From positions 224,001 through 288,000 of the forward strand of contig CAVTHO010000005.1 of NCBI GenBank assembly GCA_963734545.1: DNA of 64,000 bases. Reading direction: 5' to 3'. The first letter of the stretch is position 1; every line of letters starts with the position of its first letter. This document shows positions 57,802 through 64,000 of the stretch, piece by piece. A program made the position numbers and the translations under genes. The DNA comes from an uncultured Spirochaetota bacterium (GTDB taxonomy: Bacteria; Spirochaetota; Spirochaetia; SZUA-6; Fen-1364). Below the pieces are notes generated by a model, which worked only from the letters and a program-made list of their open reading frames with translations, was not told where the DNA came from and ran no database searches.

Positions 57802-60322
57802 TGCTGCTCTCTCTGCCCGCCGTCGATCCTGCAGGTGACACGGGTCCCCGGATTGAGCCTTTCGATGAGAAGCTCCGCGCCGGCGGTTTCCGCGCGGTAG
57901 CGCATGATGCGCAGCCCCATGCCCTCCCCGGAAATCGACCGCGGCAGGCCGTCGCCGTAGTCGGTCACCTCGGCAATGAGCGCTGCCGCGCGCTCCCCTT
58001 CTCCGCGTCTCCCGTCTGTTCCGGCTCCGTTTCTGGCCGCGCCTCCGTGCTCAGCAGATCTGGCGCCGACGTACGGGGTACTCCCCGAACGGGTACGGCC
58101 TTCGGGCCGAGCGGGTACTCCCGCACTCCCGTACTCGGTGGACGCCTCTTCGCGATACAACTGCACCTCGATCCGCGCCGACCGTGAGTGCTTGAGCGCG
58201 TTGGACAGGGCTTCCTGTATGATGCGGTACACGTGGAGAGCCCGATTGGTGCCGGGGAGGCGGAAGTCCGGTGACGCGCGGAAATCTATGACTGCCGGAT
58301 AGTTGCGCCGAGCAGCCTCCACGAGCTCCTCCACGGCCGCGACGATCCCGTGCTCCTCCAGCCCCGCGGGATACAGCCCCCGCGCGATCTGCTTGGCGCG
58401 CGTGATCGAATCGGCGAGCAGGATGCCGATCTGCTCGATGGATGCCACGGCGGCGGGTTCGGAATTCGCGAGCACGCCGCGCAGCACGGAGGCGAGCATC
58501 GCAATCCCCGCCAGGTGCTGGCACAGGTCGTCGTGGAGATCCTGGCCGATGCGCTGCATCGTGCGGTTGGAGATCTCGAATGACTTCCTGCTCGAGACGC
58601 ATGCGCCGTTCGATCTCCTGGGTGAGCTCCTTGTTGGTCCGGGTGAGCTCCGCGGTCCGACGCGCCACCTCCACCTGCAGGCGCCGTTCGTGCGTGAGCA
58701 CCTGCTCGAGAAGCAGGGCCCCTTTGAGTGCGCTGGCAACCTGCTCCTTCAGCGTGTCGTAGACGGCGGGCTCGGCCGCTCCTCCCGGGAGCAGGATGTA
58801 GCCGAGGGGCTCGTTCTGGAACACGAGGGGTTCCAGCACCCAGAGCCCGTCTCTCCATGACTGCGCAACCCGGGGCGGCAGGAGCCGGATGGTGCGAAAA
58901 CGGATCCCGGCCGCCGGAAGCTCCGCGGCCCGGGCGCTGCGCGGTGCCATCACGAGACGTGACCACTCGGAGCTCGAATCCCGTTGTTCGAAAAGCGCAA
59001 TGTAGCCGCCGCCGATACCCAGCTGCGCAAGCCCGGCCTCCAGCCGCGCCAGCATCACCGGCATCTCGAAAGCGCCGGCCAGCGACGCGCTGATGGCCCG
59101 CAAGGTGGCCAGCCTTTCCTCGGCCGCCACCCTTCGGGCCGCCTGGAGCCGGCTTTCGGATTCCCCGATGAGCACGCGCGCGAACTCGAAGAGACCGGGG
59201 GGGCTGCCGGCTCCCGCCTGTCCCGGAGTCTCGGCCAGGTGCTGAATCGACCGAAAGATAGCCGTTCCATTTCCCGGGCTCCCCGCCGGCAAGGGTGGTG
59301 GCGGCCAGCGCGCTGTTGAACTGCGCGATGAAACCGTCCCCGTCGGCGCTTCGTGCGCGCTCCACCATCTCCCCGATAGCGCGCCGCTCTTCCGCGGTAG
59401 CCGTGGAGGGAGGCTCGGTGAGATCGGGATCGTAGTTCCGCTTCGGCGCGCAGCCGCAGGACTGGCGAATCACGGGAGTGCATGTCAGGACACGGCCCAG
59501 CGGTCTGCCGCCCTCCATGCGCTCCAGCAGGGCATCCACCGCGGAGGAGCCGAGCTCATTCAGGGGCTGCATCACCGTGGTGAGAGGAGGCGTGACATAC
59601 TTCCCTTCCTCGATGCCGTCAAAACCGACCACCGCGATGTCGCCGGGCACGGCGACACCGGTCTGACGCAGCACCTCCATTGCGGCGAGGGCCATCCGAT
59701 CGTTCATGCACACCAGCGCATCGAATGGCAGGGCGAGCCGCAGGAGACGGAGGGCGGCCTCGCTGCCTGAATCCCGCAGGAATGACCCCCTGACGGCGAG
59801 CCGCTCGTCGAACGGAATGGCAAGCTCGCGCAGCGTCGCGCGAAAGGCGCGTTCCCGCTCCTCCGCCTCGGGGTGACCGGAGGGCCCGCCGATCAGCGCG
59901 AAACGCGAACGGCCGTGCTCCTGCGCGAGGTGCCTGACGATGACACTCACGCCGTTGGATCCGTCCGCGGTCACGCTGGGCACTCCGCTGACCCCGAGGC
60001 CGATCGATACCTGCGGCAAATCCGGATGCGAAGCGAACAGCCTGCCCAGTCCCTCCTGGTCGATAAAGGTGAAAATCGCCGAGGAGACCACGACCAGTCC
60101 ATCCACGTTCCGCGGGTCGGCGATGCGGTAGGCGACATTCGCCGCGGCTTCCGAAGCGATGGGCGAGTCGATGCGATGCCCCACGAAGCACACCACGCCG
60201 ACCCCGCGCTGCCGGGCGCGGGATTCGATGCCGCGCCATACCGCGATCTGGTAGGCGTCATCGAGCTGGGCGGTAAAGACGCCGATCACCCTGTGGGAAA
60301 GGGCCGCGCTGGTCGGGCTCAC
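57798..60322 (-). CDS. NarX-type histidine kinase with N-terminal LacI-type sugar-binding domain (frameshifts near 59250 and 58582; repeat insertion in HATPase)
   Basis: CMNDRMA, VVGFDG, IRQSCGC; RIGQDLHDDLCQ, YRIIQEALSNALKH, D.GDG, GMGL.IM.YRA. Confidence 0.88.
58039..58140. repeat. Expanded module A plus degenerate module B, in frame in the kinase ATPase domain
   Basis: GTACGGGGTACTCCCCGAACGGGTACGGCCTTCGGGCCGAGCGGGTACTCCCGCACTCCCGTACTCGG. Confidence 0.9.
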
Positions 60323-60509
60323 GATCGCGCCAATGGCCGGACGGCCGGTAACAGGGATACGGCAGGCGTTATGCGGAACGCGCGCGCGCTGCTCATGGAT
60401 GTTTCGAGGGTACCTCTTTTCCGCGCGCGGGGGAACCGGCGGAAGGTCGGTTCACCAGTTCGGCCTCGGCACCGTGCCTCCATAGGTCAAATGCCCGATG
60501 AAGGCTCGC

Positions 60510-62681
60510 TCAGTAGGGGAGCTCCCGGCTCTTCCCGGTGACCTCGAACTCGGCGCACAGCACGGCGGTGCCCGCGAGCTGCTCGCTCCGCGCATCCGGC
60601 TGGCGTCCGCCGACGCACACCCGAAACCGGCCGGGCTCGAGGATCCGGCGTCCTTCTTCGTCTATCAGGGACATCTGCTTTGCCTGGATCGCAAACGACA
60701 CGTTCCTCGTCTGCCCGGGCGCGAGGTACACGCGCGCGAACCCGACAAGCTGACGCAGCGGCACACGGACCGATGCTTCGAGGTCGGTGAGGTACACCTG
60801 CACGATCTCGTGCCCGCCTCGCTCGCCTTCGTTGCGCACGTCCAGGGACAGGCGAACCGCCTCGCCCGCGGGCACCGTTTGCTTCTCCAGCTTCAGCCCC
60901 GCGTACCGAAAGGAGGTATAGCTGAGCCCGAACCCGAACGGGTACAGCGGTTCAGCCTCCATGAATCGATAGGTTCGTCCCGCCATGGAATAGTCGGTGA
61001 AGGGGGGAAGCTGGTCGATGGACGCGACGAATGTCACGGGAAGCCTTCCCGCGGGGCTGTAGTCGCCGAACAGAGCCTCGGCGATTGCGGTCCCCCCTTC
61101 CTCGCCCGGGTACCATGCCAGGAGGACCGCCCGGGCCAGCGCATCTTCCCGCGGAATCGCCAGTGCGCTGCCGCCGAGAAGCACGAGCACAATCGGTTTT
61201 CCTTTCGCGGCAACCGCCTCGAAGAGCTGCTTCTGGATTGCCGGAAGCTCGATGCTGATCCTGTCGCCCATCCATTCGGAGCGCGCCGCGGAACCCTCCT
61301 CGCCCTCCACGCGATTGTTCAGACCCAGGGCCATCACGACGACGTCCGCACTCTCCGCCGCGGCGAGGGCCTCACCGAATCCATCGTCTGCCTTGTCGCC
61401 CCACGGAGAGTCCGCGCCCTTGGTGATGTCCGAGCCCCGCGCGTAGAGGATCCGGGTCTTTGACGAGACGGCCCTGCGGATTCCCTCCAGAAGCGTCACC
61501 GAGAGCGAGGGGAAGCCGTTGTAGTTGCCCAGCAGGACCTCGCGGTCATCCGCATTGGGGCCGATCACGGCGATGCAGCCCAGGTCCTTTCCGAGAGGCA
61601 GGAAAGCATCCTGGTTCTTCAATAGAACGATCGACGCGCGCGCCGCCTCGAGGGCGAGCTCCCTGTGCGGGGGGGAATCAACGATGCCATAGGGAATCTT
61701 CGTGTAGGAGACGCTCTCCGGGGGATCGAACATGCCGAGTCTGAATCTGGCGCGCAGGAGACGGGCCACCGCGCGGTCTATTTCCGCTTCGGCGATCAAC
61801 CCCTGCCGGCACGCCTCCACGAGCGTGGAGAAAACGCGCCCGCATTCCAGATCACAGCCGCCCCGCACCGCCATGGCCGCGGATTGCTCCGGTGTCTGCG
61901 TAATCGAATGGTGGGCGTGGAAGTCCTCGATTGCGCCGCAATCGGACACGACGTAGCCCGGGAATCCCCACTCCTCGCGCAGGATCCGGGAGAGCAGGGT
62001 CTTGCTGCCGCTGCAGGGCTCGCCGTTCGTGCGGTTGTATGCAGCCATCACGGACTCCGCCGCGCCCTCCACCACGCAGTCACGGAATGCCGGCAGATAC
62101 GTCTCCCGCAGATCCTTGACGCTCACCCGCGCGTCAAAATGATGCCTCAGCGCCTCGGGGCCGCTGTGCACCGCGAAGTGCTTCGGGGTTGCCACCAGCT
62201 TGAGGTATTTCGGATCCTCTCCCTGCAGGCCTTTCACGAATGCCACGCCCAGGCGGCCGGTCAGGCAGGGGTCCTCCCCGTAGGTTTCCTGACCCCTGCC
62301 CCAGCGCGGGTCGCGGAAAATATTGATATTCGGACTCCAGAATGTGAGCCCCTGGTACTGGCGGCGATAGCCCTGCCGGGCAAACTCGTGATGCTTTGCG
62401 CGGGCCTCATCAGAGGTCGCCACGGCGATCCTGTGCACCAGGTCGGGGTCGAAGGTGGCGGCAAGCCCTATTGCCTGCGGGAATACGGTGGCCACCCCCG
62501 CGCGTCCCACCCCGTGCAGGCCCTCGTTCCACCAGTTGTAAGCCGGGATCTCCAGCCGGGGAATGGCTTTGGATTCGTGCGCCATCTGGGAGACTTTTTC
62601 CTCGAGACTGAGCCGTGCCAGGAGGTCCTTTACGCGCTCTTCCAGGGCCAACCCGGGATCTTGAAAAGGATACTTGGCCAT
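60510..62681 (-). CDS. GH3 beta-xylosidase/glucosidase
   Basis: WWNEGLHG, RDPRWGRGQETYGEDP, KHFAVHSG, VSDCGA, YPFGFGLSY, FnIII tail. Confidence 0.95.
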   Translation of the reverse strand: MAKYPFQDPGLALEERVKDLLARLSLEEKVSQMAHESKAIPRLEIPAYNWWNEGLHGVGRAGVATVFPQAIGLAATFDPDLVHRIAVATSDEARAKHHEFARQGYRRQYQGLTFWSPNINIFRDPRWGRGQETYGEDPCLTGRLGVAFVKGLQGEDPKYLKLVATPKHFAVHSGPEALRHHFDARVSVKDLRETYLPAFRDCVVEGAAESVMAAYNRTNGEPCSGSKTLLSRILREEWGFPGYVVSDCGAIEDFHAHHSITQTPEQSAAMAVRGGCDLECGRVFSTLVEACRQGLIAEAEIDRAVARLLRARFRLGMFDPPESVSYTKIPYGIVDSPPHRELALEAARASIVLLKNQDAFLPLGKDLGCIAVIGPNADDREVLLGNYNGFPSLSVTLLEGIRRAVSSKTRILYARGSDITKGADSPWGDKADDGFGEALAAAESADVVVMALGLNNRVEGEEGSAARSEWMGDRISIELPAIQKQLFEAVAAKGKPIVLVLLGGSALAIPREDALARAVLLAWYPGEEGGTAIAEALFGDYSPAGRLPVTFVASIDQLPPFTDYSMAGRTYRFMEAEPLYPFGFGLSYTSFRYAGLKLEKQTVPAGEAVRLSLDVRNEGERGGHEIVQVYLTDLEASVRVPLRQLVGFARVYLAPGQTRNVSFAIQAKQMSLIDEEGRRILEPGRFRVCVGGRQPDARSEQLAGTAVLCAEFEVTGKSRELPY

Positions 62682-62758
62682 CGACTTCTCCTTGGGACGG
62701 AAGACTCCGCTCTGTATATCAGAGGAGGAGGATGGCTTTCAATGTCTCAGGCGTGCGT

Positions 62759-63553
62759 TCACGAAGTCTCGCGGCTGTAGCGCGCGTTGTGCCGGAAAAG
62801 CTCGCGCAGGATGACCGTGAGCTCGACCCTCGGCATCCGTTCTTTCTCGACGAAGTATCGCCCGATGGGCTTGTGGCGTGCGCGCTGCAGGCGGAGGATC
62901 TGCGTCACCTCTTCCGTGGTCAGGAGCCGCAGCCGGCGAGCCGTCTCGCCGGTCTGTTCATGGCGCCGCTTGGATCCAAGAATCTTTGTGAGGTCCTGCC
63001 GCGTGATGGCGCGCAGCTCCTTGGCAAGCTCCCCGAATTTGGGTCGGGCTGCGCGCTGCCACACAATCGCGCTGATGAGGCTTTGCCAGGAAACGCGGCC
63101 CGAATAGTAGAGAAACTCGGCCAGGCGCAGCCGTCGGCGCGGGAGAGATCCATGATAATGGAGGGGACTGCTCTGGGTCCGGGCAGATCCTCCCGCGCTC
63201 GCGTGTCCGGAGCCTTTGGCTGCCTTTTCCCCCGTGGAACGTGGCGTCGGGGGCGCCGGACGCGGCCTTGCGGTGTGCGTGCCGGCAGGGGCTGTCCGGA
63301 TGCCCGCACCCTGAGCGAGCAGGTAACCCATGAGAAGCTCGTATGCGCGCGACGCCTCGATGAAACGCTTCCCGTCGACGGTTCCGGGCTTTGACCCCGC
63401 CCGCGAAGCCGCGTCCGGGTGAGTCATGACTGCGAGCCGACGATAGGCCCGCCTGATGACGGAAACATCCAGCTGGTGAAGCGGAATCTGTCCTCCCCGG
63501 CGGGGCTGCGCTCCCAGAAGGGTCGCATACGCGTCAAGCAAATATCTGTTCAT
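62759..63553 (-). CDS. J-domain protein with C-terminal MshEN-like repeats
   Basis: IRRAYRRLAVMTHPD...F.EASRAYELL; four 24-aa motifs after a Pro/Ala linker. Confidence 0.82.
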   Translation of the reverse strand: MNRYLLDAYATLLGAQPRRGGQIPLHQLDVSVIRRAYRRLAVMTHPDAASRAGSKPGTVDGKRFIEASRAYELLMGYLLAQGAGIRTAPAGTHTARPRPAPPTPRSTGEKAAKGSGHASAGGSARTQSSPLHYHGSLPRRRLRLAEFLYYSGRVSWQSLISAIVWQRAARPKFGELAKELRAITRQDLTKILGSKRRHEQTGETARRLRLLTTEEVTQILRLQRARHKPIGRYFVEKERMPRVELTVILRELFRHNARYSRETS

Positions 63554-63644
63554 TCCCCCTCATTATCGGAGCGCCGAGGAAACGATACAGCCCTCTTCGA
63601 TCGTTTTCAAGGACATTTGTGTATCGCGGATTTGTACGCGCGGC

Positions 63645-63941
63645 CTATCTGCTGAGCCGGGATGCCTCGTATTCCAGCTTCAAAACGAGGTGGTCCAATG
63701 CGTCCAGCTTCTTCGTCTTTGCTTTTTCCCTGATGCTCTCCAGCGTGGGAAGCGCGATGTGCGCGTAGCGCCACACGGCGGCGCGCGCCTTTTCCACCAT
63801 GGACAGCTCGGAGGCTTCATTCACGTATATGACGATCAGCTTTTTGCTGGTGGGGGGAAGCTCGGACTTGTTCACGTGCTCGATAATCGCGAAAACAGCC
63901 AGAAGGAAGCCCATTTCACGCACTTGTATTTCCCGGTACAT
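63645..63941 (-). CDS. Small hypothetical protein
   Basis: About 98 aa helical ORF with plausible composition; start uncertain. Confidence 0.6.
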   Translation of the reverse strand: MYREIQVREMGFLLAVFAIIEHVNKSELPPTSKKLIVIYVNEASELSMVEKARAAVWRYAHIALPTLESIREKAKTKKLDALDHLVLKLEYEASRLSR

Positions 63942-64000
63942 GCTATCCGGCGCCTTCCGGGATGTCAAGAAAGGGCCTGTCCGACCCATATTTGTCTTGA

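Overview
GC-rich bacterial chromosomal window with about 60 densely packed genes. It is probably from a Spirochaetia-like anaerobe (inferred from gene content, not verified). Content is mostly metabolic: a pyrF-pyrE/pyrD/pyrK operon, fhs, fabV/ter, mrp-sdhB-lipA-FNR, Rrf2-DsrE-TusA, three ABC importers, GH3/GH4 glycosidases, a protealysin-like protease with an emfourin-type inhibitor, and LacI-sensor-fused signalling proteins. No rRNA, tRNA, CRISPR array, prophage or transposase was recognised. Many genes at 14-23 kb, about 39.7 kb, about 47.1 kb and 57.7-59.3 kb are split by indels, most likely assembly errors. The most striking signals are: (1) two linked families of short palindromic repeats, with compensatory stem changes, inserted in frame into unrelated protein-coding genes (SMUG1, PyrK, a VOC enzyme, LipA, FNR, a histidine kinase, an FGGY kinase); (2) a third family of GTAG-preceded, GGA-loop structured repeats placed directly after stop codons; (3) a J-domain protein with four MshEN-like (c-di-GMP-binding-type) repeats; and (4) a TetR-linked aminotransferase/aldolase/kinase operon of unknown substrate. 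All calls are by eye; no database searches were run.
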